In this document: positions 18,544 through 26,914 of the stretch, one piece after another
How positions within the stretch are numbered: position 1 is the stretch's first letter
Layout: each line of letters starts with the position of its first letter
DNA from: Cyanobacteria bacterium P01_A01_bin.123
GTDB taxonomy: Bacteria > Cyanobacteriota > Cyanobacteriia > Phormidesmidales > Phormidesmidaceae
Length of the DNA: 32,006 bases
Direction of reading: 5' to 3'
Assembly: GCA_039815185.1 (NCBI GenBank)
Contig: JBCBZT010000068.1
Location: forward strand, 1-32,006
Notes under the pieces: generated by a model
Told to the model about the DNA's origin: nothing
What the model saw: only the letters and a program-made list of their open reading frames with translations
The model's database searches: none
Made by a program: the position numbers and the translations under genes

Positions 18544-20042
18544 AGCGCTGCTTCCTCTGACACAACCTCAACGAGGGTGCCATCTACCAAGCGGTTAATG
18601 CCCTCGGTGACTACCAGCTCACCCGGTTCAATACCGCTGAGGATTTCCACGCCGTTCAGTCCTTGAATCCCCCGTTGAACTTCTCGACGCTCTACCATGC
18701 CGTTCTCTTCATTAACGACAAAGGCGTAGAATTTCTGGTCGCTGGGCAGGATTGCCCCAATGGGTAGCATTAGGGCGTTGGGGTTAGTGTCAGCTTCAAT
18801 CCAGGCATACACTCGGCCGCCCACCTGCAAATTCCGCACGAGCTGAAAATTGCGAATGCTCACTTCAACCCCCCGCCCCCCTGGGGTTTGGGTCGGGCTC
18901 ACGGAAAACACTTGACCTTGACTGCCCTCATCTTTGGCAATATCAAGCAAGTTATTATTGTTGGCTCCAGCGGCTTCAGCGGCGCTCACGTCTTCTGCCA
19001 GCACCACATAAGCCCGTTGTCCAGCGCGAATATCTTGCGCTTCATCAGCCTGCAGCTCTAGCTCGACTTCAAAGGACTGCGGTTCGATGACAACAATGGG
19101 TGCTCTTTCCGTCACGTCGTCTAGCGTTGCTGAGCCACTCGTGATTTGCGTATCCCAATATTCCCCTTCGCGGATATTAATATAGGCGACAACGCCATCA
19201 ATCGGAGACACGAGCTGAGTATCTTCTAGGTTGACATTAGCTTCTCGTAAGCGGGCTTGATAAGCCTCAACGGTTGCTTCAGCCGATCGCACATCATCCT
19301 GAGCAACCCGTACCCCTTCTGCAGCAACTCGTAGCTCCGCTCTGGCTTGCTCAGCTGAGTTCAGATAAACATCGCGATCGCTCTCTGAAACAGCTCCCTG
19401 CTCAAACAGCGCTTGGTAGCGCCTTAACTCGGCTTCACTGAAGCTGAGATCCGATTGGGCTTTGTCAAGATCTGCCTCAGCTTGGGATAAGGCTGCCAGC
19501 GCTTGGTCTTGCTGGCGGGCAGAAACTTCTACATCCGCTTCCGCCGTATCAATATCAACAATTTGTTTGCGATCGTCGATAGTGGCAAGCAGTTGTCCCT
19601 GCGATACAGGATCCCCCTCGCGCAAATCGCGACCATCGGCCTTCGCGATGAACCTAATGTCTCCTTCAGCTTCAAAGTTCAACACTCGCCGTCGCGCAGC
19701 TGTTACCACGCCTTCATCAAAGACCCACTGCTGAGCAAGTCCAGTTTGCGCGCGAATAGCCTTGACCTGGAGCCGAGCTGGAGAGACATCTTCCTCACTG
19801 ACACTGGCACTTGACCGGAAGCTTTGGAAAGCTCTTAAACCGACAGCCCCTAAAGCCGTAAGCATGACTAGCAGAGCGATCGGCCAGACAGACTTTGGGC
19901 TCACTCTTTTGAATTTGGATGCGATCGCCTTTTGGCCTGAATGGTCAGCCTGATGCACCGCCAAGTTCTGATGATTCAAATCTGAATTGGTTTGGGAATC
20001 TGATGGAGAAGAAGGAGGCGAATTGGATTCGTTAGTCTTCAT
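18540..20042 (-). CDS. RND efflux periplasmic adaptor (membrane fusion protein)
   Basis: N-terminal TM; lipoyl halves (LREGDPVSQGQLLATID, LVSPIDGVV); long coiled coil; C-terminal VEILSGIEPGELVVTEG; ATGA overlap with the permease. Confidence 0.93.
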   Translation of the reverse strand: MKTNESNSPPSSPSDSQTNSDLNHQNLAVHQADHSGQKAIASKFKRVSPKSVWPIALLVMLTALGAVGLRAFQSFRSSASVSEEDVSPARLQVKAIRAQTGLAQQWVFDEGVVTAARRRVLNFEAEGDIRFIAKADGRDLREGDPVSQGQLLATIDDRKQIVDIDTAEADVEVSARQQDQALAALSQAEADLDKAQSDLSFSEAELRRYQALFEQGAVSESDRDVYLNSAEQARAELRVAAEGVRVAQDDVRSAEATVEAYQARLREANVNLEDTQLVSPIDGVVAYINIREGEYWDTQITSGSATLDDVTERAPIVVIEPQSFEVELELQADEAQDIRAGQRAYVVLAEDVSAAEAAGANNNNLLDIAKDEGSQGQVFSVSPTQTPGGRGVEVSIRNFQLVRNLQVGGRVYAWIEADTNPNALMLPIGAILPSDQKFYAFVVNEENGMVERREVQRGIQGLNGVEILSGIEPGELVVTEGINRLVDGTLVEVVSEEAAL

Positions 20043-20363
20043 CGTCTAACACCTTAGGGAATGACGACTGGGTAGGGAGATACTGTTTCTATGCTGATGA
20101 ACAGTGTTCTGTCTTGAATGGTCGTTAGGTGAAGCTTTTAAAGTGTTAAAAGATGCTTGAGAATTGCGTATGGATTTGTGAGATTTTATCTTCAGCGGCG
20201 CACATTTATACACAAGCGCTCTTCAATGCAATTTCTCTGTAAAAGGCGCTACTAAAAGGTCAATCAATCAAACCTTCTTGCCTCCTCTATGCCTTAATCA
20301 GCAATAGCCGAGCCATCCAAGTACACACGCTGTTAGTTTCTGTATTCCAAGCAATTTCGGCAA

Positions 20364-20400
20364 GGACAATAGACGAAGTAAACCGGACATTCAGCGACAA
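20364..20400 (-). promoter_or_regulatory. 37-bp bipartite direct-repeat motif, copy 1 (putative AraC operator upstream of the RND operon)
   Basis: GGACAATAGACGAAGTAAACCGGACATTCAGCGACAA; on the minus strand it is followed by TTGCCG-N17-GAAACT. Confidence 0.65.
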
Positions 20401-20593
20401 TTTTGTGATTATAGAATGCTGAGAATCATCGTTGCTGAAATAATTTTCTCTGTTATAGTTTTTGTAGCGGCAATTAAAAAGCTACTAAAGTTCGCTTCCA
20501 AGAGTTTTATTAAGAAAACTGGAATATTCAACCAAACACTTTATGCTAATCGAGCAAAAAAACTAGTGAATTATTGAATATGGATAAAGGGTA

Positions 20594-22543
20594 GTGAGCT
20601 TTCCATCTCAGTTGCGGTTTCATGTCGTGTGCCGTTTTTTATGTCTGAGCTTCTTGATCTGTTCCCTAGTTCTGGTGCAGCAAGGGAATGCCTCAGGGCA
20701 AAATCTTTCAGTCTTCAGTAACCAGGTAGGCACGATTCCCCCAGAAGGCGTGATCCGCTATGGCAGCATCGAGGCAGCTTGGGTGCGATCGCCCCTAGAC
20801 GGTAAGGGACTCTTTCAAATTGCGGCTCCAACCGTGACTGATCGCCAAAATCTTGGTCCAGACGATTTTCCCGTTGAAGTTAGAGTGCAGAGTGTAGAGG
20901 CATTGCTGCAAATAGAAATTGACCGATTTCATAACAGCGTTCTTAAACGACTAGCCAATCAATTCCAGCTATGGAACACAGGCTGGTCAGCTCCCCGGTC
21001 TGCCGAGGTGATCATTTCAACCTTAAATAAGCGCCCCATTATTCAAATCAAGAGTTCGGATCGATCGCGTCCACTCACCATCATTACCGTCACCCAAACG
21101 GATGTTGATTTCTATAGTGAAACACCAAAGGTTCTCTTAGCAGAATGGCGCGATATTATTCAAGGCGAGATTGAGCAAATTGAGCAGCTTTCGTCGCTGG
21201 AAGCGGTTCATCGGGGACTCCAGCAGTCACTCACGATTTTTATTGGGGTGATAGGCGTGACTGGAATTTTCGGGTTTTTGCATTGGTTAGCTGGGCGGAA
21301 TCGTCGCATCTTACAGCGGCAACGTGAAACCGAAGCTGAGGTTTCAACGGAAAGCAAACATTCGCCGCCATTGCCGGATAAAGCAGGCGCTCAACCCGAT
21401 AACGGTGATCAGCCGGTCGATATTTCTCCAGGCCTCAGTTCTCTCCCCCCTGACGAATCACGATCTTCGAGCAAGCTATCGGGGCTGCTTGCCGAGCGCT
21501 CCCGTTTCCTTGAAATCCTCAACAAGGAACCCCCTTTAGCGCGAAAGCTCAATGTCCTTAGATTTTTGCAATGGCTTCTGGTTTGGCTAGGTGTTTTTGT
21601 CTGGTACTGCAGTCTGATCGGGCTCACCTACACACTGCCCATCATTACGTCATGGAGAAATACGCTTCTCAGCGAACCGTTCAAGATTCTTCTGATTTGG
21701 TTTGCCGTTAATCTAGCACTGCGCATCAACCGAACATTGGCCTATCGCTTTACACAGGTGAGTCAAGGCCCTGCTGCAACATTCTCAAGTGAAACCCAGC
21801 GCAAATCCCTACGAGCCAATACCATCGGAGGAGCATTTAGAGGGCTTGCATCTGTTCTTATTGTCCTGTCAGGGTTGCTTCTGACACTATCGACCGTTGG
21901 TCTTTCAAGCCGGTCAGTGTTGGCATGGGGAGCCGTATTGGGTCTGGCGATATCCTTTGGGGCCCAGAGCTTAATCAAAGATGTGGTGAATGGATGCTTG
22001 ATTTTATTTGAGGATCAATTTGCAGTCGGCGATATCATCGCGCTTGGCACAATGTCTGGCCTGGTTGAGGAGATGAGCCTGCGGAGCACCCGTTTGCGCG
22101 ATCCGGAAGGGCAGCTCATTACCATCCCTAACGGCAACATTGCTGAAGTGAGGAATCTAACGCGAGTATGGTCACGCGTCGACTTCACCATTGAAGTCGC
22201 CTACGACAATGATCCAGACAAGGTGCTAGCGCTACTGAACAACGTGGCCCAAGAAATGTACACCCTATCCGAGTGGCGCGAAAAAATGCCAGATCCGCCA
22301 GAGGTGCTAGGGATTGATCAGTTGTCTCACTCAGGGATACTCGTTCGAGTTTGGCTAAAAACAGCGCCACTCCAACAGTGGGTGGTGGGACGTGAATATC
22401 GTCTGCGGGTGAGGAGAGCATTTGAGACCCACGGCATTACGATTGGAAGACCTCAATGGGTCAGCCATAACACTGTTTTGGAGCCCTCCACGATCAATGG
22501 TGGATTTGCAGCAGCTGCACCCCACAATAAAACCAATCTGTAG
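20594..22543 (+). CDS. MscS family mechanosensitive channel with large N-terminal periplasmic domain
   Basis: GLAISFGAQSLIKDVVNG, EDQFAVGD, G.VEEMSLRST.LR and IPNG.I..V.N motifs. Confidence 0.92.
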   Translation: MSFPSQLRFHVVCRFLCLSFLICSLVLVQQGNASGQNLSVFSNQVGTIPPEGVIRYGSIEAAWVRSPLDGKGLFQIAAPTVTDRQNLGPDDFPVEVRVQSVEALLQIEIDRFHNSVLKRLANQFQLWNTGWSAPRSAEVIISTLNKRPIIQIKSSDRSRPLTIITVTQTDVDFYSETPKVLLAEWRDIIQGEIEQIEQLSSLEAVHRGLQQSLTIFIGVIGVTGIFGFLHWLAGRNRRILQRQRETEAEVSTESKHSPPLPDKAGAQPDNGDQPVDISPGLSSLPPDESRSSSKLSGLLAERSRFLEILNKEPPLARKLNVLRFLQWLLVWLGVFVWYCSLIGLTYTLPIITSWRNTLLSEPFKILLIWFAVNLALRINRTLAYRFTQVSQGPAATFSSETQRKSLRANTIGGAFRGLASVLIVLSGLLLTLSTVGLSSRSVLAWGAVLGLAISFGAQSLIKDVVNGCLILFEDQFAVGDIIALGTMSGLVEEMSLRSTRLRDPEGQLITIPNGNIAEVRNLTRVWSRVDFTIEVAYDNDPDKVLALLNNVAQEMYTLSEWREKMPDPPEVLGIDQLSHSGILVRVWLKTAPLQQWVVGREYRLRVRRAFETHGITIGRPQWVSHNTVLEPSTINGGFAAAAPHNKTNL

Positions 22544-22800
22544 CCTTGAGATGGTCAATGAACGACTCCAAACGGGCATTTCATCCACTCGAATTGAATT
22601 CAACCTGGACATAATGGGATTGCTAAAAGCTCAGATTCAGACGATTCTCCAAGTAATGCCTACATTTGACTCCATGATGCTTCCGGCTAATTGTGAAGAC
22701 GTGCTCTTAACTAAAGCACTTCAGACGAAGACGGTTCAAGTCAAATCTAGTGAAATTCAACACATACCCAACAGAACCACATAATTTCTGCCAAAGTGTA

Positions 22801-23022
22801 CTAGATTCTGAAAGTCCTTGAACTTGCAACTTTAGTAAATGTTTTCTGAGCCTTAGATAGAGTCCGTTCGATAATCCCAGGCGAGAGTAATGGGTGTGGT
22901 ATTAGATCAACAAAAATGAATATAGTGATGACTAAGGTTATAAGTCTACTGAATTTCAGAGATGAGATTTCGGTGATGAGGTTCTGCATAATTGAGGCGC
23001 TTCCTGAGTAGTTCTTAAACAC
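22801..23022 (-). CDS. Possible small single-TM protein
   Basis: 73-aa ORF with hydrophobic stretch LITLVITIFIFV, downstream of three leftward promoter-like motifs; no family recognised. Confidence 0.3.
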   Translation of the reverse strand: MFKNYSGSASIMQNLITEISSLKFSRLITLVITIFIFVDLIPHPLLSPGIIERTLSKAQKTFTKVASSRTFRI

Positions 23023-23195
23023 ATGTCATGTAGGGAAAAACCCTACATCTTTGTAGATGGTGTTGGGTGGAACTCGCGCTCAGCGATCGCTTCACCCGCT
23101 GTTCAAAGCTAAAGGAAGTGACGAAATAAAAGCGTAACAGAGTTTTTGAGACTCACATATATCGAAATTTTCTACTCGCTTTGAGCGTTTCGCAA

Positions 23196-23232
23196 GGACA
23201 ATTAACGAATTAAATCGGGCGTTTTGCGACAA
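23196..23232 (-). promoter_or_regulatory. 37-bp motif, copy 2
   Basis: GGACAATTAACGAATTAAATCGGGCGTTTTGCGACAA; the minus strand continues TTGCGA-N17-GAAAAT. Confidence 0.65.
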
Positions 23233-23386
23233 GTTTTATCAACCTCAAAAGCTGGCAATATAATAGTTCATCGCAAAAAGCGTGGTAGCGAGTTACAAAC
23301 ACTGAGCAACTAACTTACCAAGATTGCTTGCGGTTACTCCAAGCTTCCACTTAACCTAGCTTGAATATTTAGCAAAGGCTTTACGA

Positions 23387-23423
23387 GGTCAATGAGCAAA
23401 CCAGACTGAACACTCTGCAACAA
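23387..23423 (-). promoter_or_regulatory. 37-bp motif, copy 3 (degenerate)
   Basis: GGTCAATGAGCAAACCAGACTGAACACTCTGCAACAA; the minus strand continues TCGTAA-N17-CAAGCT. Confidence 0.5.
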
Positions 23424-23599
23424 GATTCACAAAGTTAAAATACTGATAATAAAGCTGATTCAAATGAAACGATGAAGAAGAAGTTTATCGCTTCATGATT
23501 CACTTGCTTACCGTTCTAAGATACCTTTGATATAGTTCGGAAAAGTATAGCGCCGCTCTCGCTCATATACAGAGTTCCACATGTAGTGGAGTATTGCTA

Positions 23600-23636
23600 G
23601 GACAATGAGCGCACTAAACTGGACAATTCACGACAA
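23600..23636 (-). promoter_or_regulatory. 37-bp motif, copy 4 (at the head of the AraC pseudogene)
   Basis: GGACAATGAGCGCACTAAACTGGACAATTCACGACAA; same position relative to the AraC remnant as copy 5 is to the intact AraC. Confidence 0.65.
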
Positions 23637-23654
23637 ATTCCGTGGCCCCGAACG

Positions 23655-24047
23655 TGTGCAAGCATTGTTGCCAACACGTTTAATTACGCTGTCGGTCGTG
23701 GGCTGGAAGCGAGGCAAATTATTTCCGCAACTGGGCTATTTTTTTAGGTTCCAGTTTGCTTTCAGCAAGCTCACAATGCGCTTGTGTTTCATCGAGCAGT
23801 CCTGGATCTGCCAGCTGTGCAACGAGATCCTCATCTATTCAAGTACATTCAGGGAAGTTTAGACCTCCAGCTCAAAGAATGTGAGCAACCTGTTGGTGTT
23901 TCCCCGATACCAGAGCTCCAGGATGCTATTGCTCGCAATGCTAAATCGGGTGAGTACACGGCGGAAGCATTAGCTCAACAGATGAACATGAGCCTGCAGG
24001 CACTTCAGCGTTTAGCAAAAGAGCATGCTCTACCGACTTCTGGATAA
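23655..24047 (+). pseudogene. AraC-family regulator pseudogene (internal deletion, frameshifts, 3' truncation)
   Basis: SIVANTFNYAVGRGL...SATGL matches the N-terminus of the AraC at 26915. It then jumps to FQQAHNALVFHRAVLDLP...EYTAEALAQQMNMSLQALQR and stops before the second HTH. Confidence 0.88.
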
Positions 24048-24183
24048 AGACTTCTTTTTGGAAAACTTTGTAAAGACTTTCTATAGCAGCATACACGCGA
24101 TAGGCCAGACATTTCACGACGTCCAGGTAGCCAAAATCTATCAAAAAGCGCGTCTTGGATGCATTCTTTGCAAATAGCGTTAT

Positions 24184-24211
24184 GTTTGCATGAACACGTT
24201 TGCATGAACAC
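24184..24211. repeat. 14-bp perfect tandem duplication GTTTGCATGAACAC x2
   Basis: Exact copies at 24184-24197 and 24198-24211, about 215 bp upstream of the AraC gene. Confidence 0.85.
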
Positions 24212-24424
24212 AGAGGCTAGTTGGAATTTTGCCTTAGGCGCTTTCATTTCCACTTTTGTTCACTTAAAGCATTCATAAACCGAGGGGACATTCTACGACC
24301 ATTTGAATGGTGCGAAGTGCTCACACTTACAGTCACTACTAATTCTCCATCAAGTAGAGTTTTCATCAGGGTACGCAGAAAAAATTATCGGAGCGTCTGC
24401 TTCCCAAAGCGCTAAGTTTTCGGA

Positions 24425-25483
24425 ATGCCTATGATGATGCCGGTTGAATCAAATCAGACGTTGAACAGAAAGCCTCAGACGATCACAATCGCAATAGCCA
24501 GCGTATTCACTTATGCAGTGTACCGGGGCGTGAGTGAACAACAGCTCAGTGCTGAGACAGGGCTAGTGCGAACTGACTTGATTAATCCAGAAACCCGCTT
24601 ACCTGGAGAACTCCTTCCTTCCATATGGAAGATATTAGGCAACGCTCACCCAGGACAAGCTGTTGGGCTCCAAATGGCAAGTGTCGCTCCCCTGTCAGTA
24701 TTAGGCTCAATGTCTGAGATTATGAAGTATTCTGAGAATCTTCGCTCGGCCTTACAGACGTTTGTACGCTATCGATCCGTGCTATCAGATCAACTCTGGG
24801 CGGACTTAGTTGAATCTGATGGTGAAGCTTTTCTGCGGATGTATCATCCGTTTGATGTACTCGACAGTGGTTGCGCCGCCGAATCAGTCATCGTCTTGAT
24901 CAGGCGGCTAGTCCAGCAAGCCATCGGCAAAGCGGATTCTTTGGTACGGGTAGAGTTTGCACATCAACCTCACAGCTTGTCCAGGGTTTACGAGACCTGT
25001 TTTGGTGTCCCCGTCTCTTTTCAACAGCCTTATAACGCGCTCGTGTTTCGTCGAGAGGCCCTAGATGTCCCAACTCAGCAGCGAGATGTCTACTTATTCA
25101 GGCACATTCAGGGAAACTTAGATCTCCTGCGCGATCGTTGGGGGCTATCCAGCAACCCTTCCCCGCTGCCTGAGATTCGCAACACCATTGCCTGTAACGC
25201 CGAGTTCTACGAGTACAGCGCAGAGGGAATTGCACGCGACATGAATATGAGCTTGCGATCGCTGCAGCGCCTAGTCAACGATCATGGTTTCACGGTTCGC
25301 CAGCTTTTGGAGAATGCTCGTAAGGAAAAGGCACGACAGTTACTGAGTGACCCAACGCTCAGTGTTGAGGCGATCACTGCTCGGTTAGGGTATTCTGACG
25401 AGCGTGCCTTTCGCAGAGCCTTCAAACGTTGGGCTGGACAGACTCCGGCACAATTTCGAGGAGGTCTCACGAGCCAAACCTAG
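24425..25483 (+). CDS. AraC family transcriptional regulator (Arabinose_bd_2-type N-terminal domain + double HTH)
   Basis: IARDMNMSLRSLQR and LGYSDERAFRRAFKRWAGQTPAQFR; the start could be any of several Met codons at 24425-24437. Confidence 0.93.
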   Translation: MPMMMPVESNQTLNRKPQTITIAIASVFTYAVYRGVSEQQLSAETGLVRTDLINPETRLPGELLPSIWKILGNAHPGQAVGLQMASVAPLSVLGSMSEIMKYSENLRSALQTFVRYRSVLSDQLWADLVESDGEAFLRMYHPFDVLDSGCAAESVIVLIRRLVQQAIGKADSLVRVEFAHQPHSLSRVYETCFGVPVSFQQPYNALVFRREALDVPTQQRDVYLFRHIQGNLDLLRDRWGLSSNPSPLPEIRNTIACNAEFYEYSAEGIARDMNMSLRSLQRLVNDHGFTVRQLLENARKEKARQLLSDPTLSVEAITARLGYSDERAFRRAFKRWAGQTPAQFRGGLTSQT

Positions 25484-25642
25484 TATTTAGCTTCCAAAGA
25501 GGTTTTGGCTAAGGCTATCAGCAATTAAACCCGCTTCTTTAAGAGCGCTTGCGCTGGAAATGTGAAGTGAACCCACGGCATCAGGATAGTTGATCGCCAA
25601 TTAGTCAATAGCATCTTGTTGAGTATTTTCTACAGCAAATTA

Positions 25643-26497
25643 CTATACTTGGGTGTCAAGCAGCAATTTGATTTCGGTTTGGATGTCCTTGTTCAAAGCG
25701 ATTGATGGGTAGGCTTTTCGTTTACCTTCAGAAATAAAGAGTCCCGATTTTTCCTCACTAACCGCTGTCTCAACAGCATCAACAAGTCTCTGAGCTTGAA
25801 ATTTAGCCGACTTAAATATCAAAGGGCGTAGCAAAAGCAAGAACCAAGGCATTCCATCACTTGAGCTAGTCATTGAAGTTTTCGTTGGGCCTGGATCTAC
25901 TGTTTGGATCAAGATGCCATCTTTTAATAACTCTTCTTTCATAGAAGCGCTAACGACAGTCAGAGCTGCCTTCGACTTAGCATATGCCCCCATCAAGCCT
26001 CCAATGTTTTCTGGATTAGTCAGTGTTGCGACATCTAGTTCCTTCACACCACTAACAGCGCTTGATGAAAAATTGACGACAACTGACTGCCGAACACCCT
26101 GTGCACCTGCACTTAGTTGTTTGCGTAACAACTGAGTCAAAACGTATGGCGCTAGAGCGTTAAGGGCAAAGTGCCCCTCAACGTTTTGAGGACTCATGAT
26201 ACGTCTGTCTGTCAGAAGCCCTGCAATGTTATACAAGGCTGAAATTTTAGTGTATCTAGATCCAATTTCTTCAGCGACCCGATTGATATCTGACGTATCC
26301 ATCAAGTTTGCGATAAACCCGGCAAATTCCTGGCTGGGATAGGATTTTCGGAGTTCCTCTAGCTGAAAATTAGTTTTCTCTTGAGAGCGATTGACCAAGA
26401 CAAGATTCCACCCTTGCCTTGCCAGAATTCTGGCAATCTCCAGCCCAATACCTCCGGTTGAACCGGTCAATACAGCTATTTTGCTAATTGAACTCAT
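25643..26497 (-). CDS. SDR family NAD(P)-dependent oxidoreductase
   Basis: TGSTGGIG, NIAG, VVNFSS, YAKSK (YxxxK) and VDPG..KT.M motifs. Confidence 0.92.
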   Translation of the reverse strand: MSSISKIAVLTGSTGGIGLEIARILARQGWNLVLVNRSQEKTNFQLEELRKSYPSQEFAGFIANLMDTSDINRVAEEIGSRYTKISALYNIAGLLTDRRIMSPQNVEGHFALNALAPYVLTQLLRKQLSAGAQGVRQSVVVNFSSSAVSGVKELDVATLTNPENIGGLMGAYAKSKAALTVVSASMKEELLKDGILIQTVDPGPTKTSMTSSSDGMPWFLLLLRPLIFKSAKFQAQRLVDAVETAVSEEKSGLFISEGKRKAYPSIALNKDIQTEIKLLLDTQV

Positions 26498-26507
26498 ATT
26501 TTGTTAC

Positions 26508-26774
26508 TTAATTTACGTCAAGGCCGTAGTCATTATCGAGGTCAAAGAACAAATCCACATCAATCCGCGCACCCCGCCCACACATTTTGAGAACCTTTTG
26601 AACCGCCTCCGACTTAAACGGTTCTCTAACTGGTGCCATGAAAGGCCCGCCAGGTATAAAGGCCGACCCCATGATAATTGTGGCGATAACTGCCTCAGCG
26701 GAAGTCCCAGAGTAGGCAGCAGCAGCACCAAAGCTTGACCCGAGCAGGAAAACTATCTGCTTTGGTTTGCTCAC
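26508..26774 (-). pseudogene. Probable internal fragment of an alpha/beta hydrolase
   Basis: IVFLLGSSFGAAAA looks like a strand-GxSxG-helix nucleophile elbow, followed by strand IIMGSA. At 88 aa it is too short for the full fold. It lies 10 bp upstream of the SDR. Confidence 0.5.
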
Positions 26775-26861
26775 GGCCCTGTTCTTATACAGTAGACATA
26801 TCTTTGAAGCGAGAAAAAGCTCTCACCGTTTGAGTTTGTACGATTGGCAATGGTTTTACGA

Positions 26862-26898
26862 GGACAATGAACGAAACAAATCGGACAATTAATGACAA
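26862..26898 (-). promoter_or_regulatory. 37-bp motif, copy 5 (between AraC and the divergent hydrolase fragment/SDR)
   Basis: GGACAATGAACGAAACAAATCGGACAATTAATGACAA; the minus strand continues TCGTAA-N17-CAAACT. Confidence 0.65.
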
Positions 26899-26914
26899 AT
26901 CGCGCAGTCACCAA

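Larger units (their letters stand above)
3789..25262. repeat. HIP1 octamer (GCGATCGC), dispersed copies
   Basis: About 25 copies counted by eye (e.g. 3789, 4601, 6061, 12481, 12541, 19921, 23083, 25255); none seen before 3789 or after 25262. Confidence 0.9.

Noticed and set aside
7331..19953. Numerous 60-115 aa ORFs overlapping the kinase, esterase and RND genes
   Set aside because: Antisense or alternative-frame shadows of well-supported long genes.
20239..20252. GTA-N8-TAC NtcA-like site upstream of the RND operon
   Set aside because: Matches the core, but there is no TAN3T -10 at the canonical distance of about 22 bp on either strand; could be chance.
22422..22784. 120-aa ORF overlapping the mscS end
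   Set aside because: No RBS or family motif recognised; probably non-coding or decayed.
23041..23058. CTACATCTTTGTAGAT resembling a Cas12a repeat stem
   Set aside because: Single copy, lacks the AATTT 5' part, no array.
23196..23636. 37-bp repeats as a CRISPR array
   Set aside because: Copies are too divergent, the intervals of about 155-175 bp are far too long, there is no palindrome and no cas genes are present.
23605..23862. 85-aa ORF as a real gene
   Set aside because: Out-of-frame reading of the AraC pseudogene, starting inside the repeated motif.
26867..26914. MNETNRTINDK... N-terminus of the AraC
   Set aside because: Coincides with the repeated motif that also occurs in non-coding contexts; ATG 26915 is preferred, though not proven.
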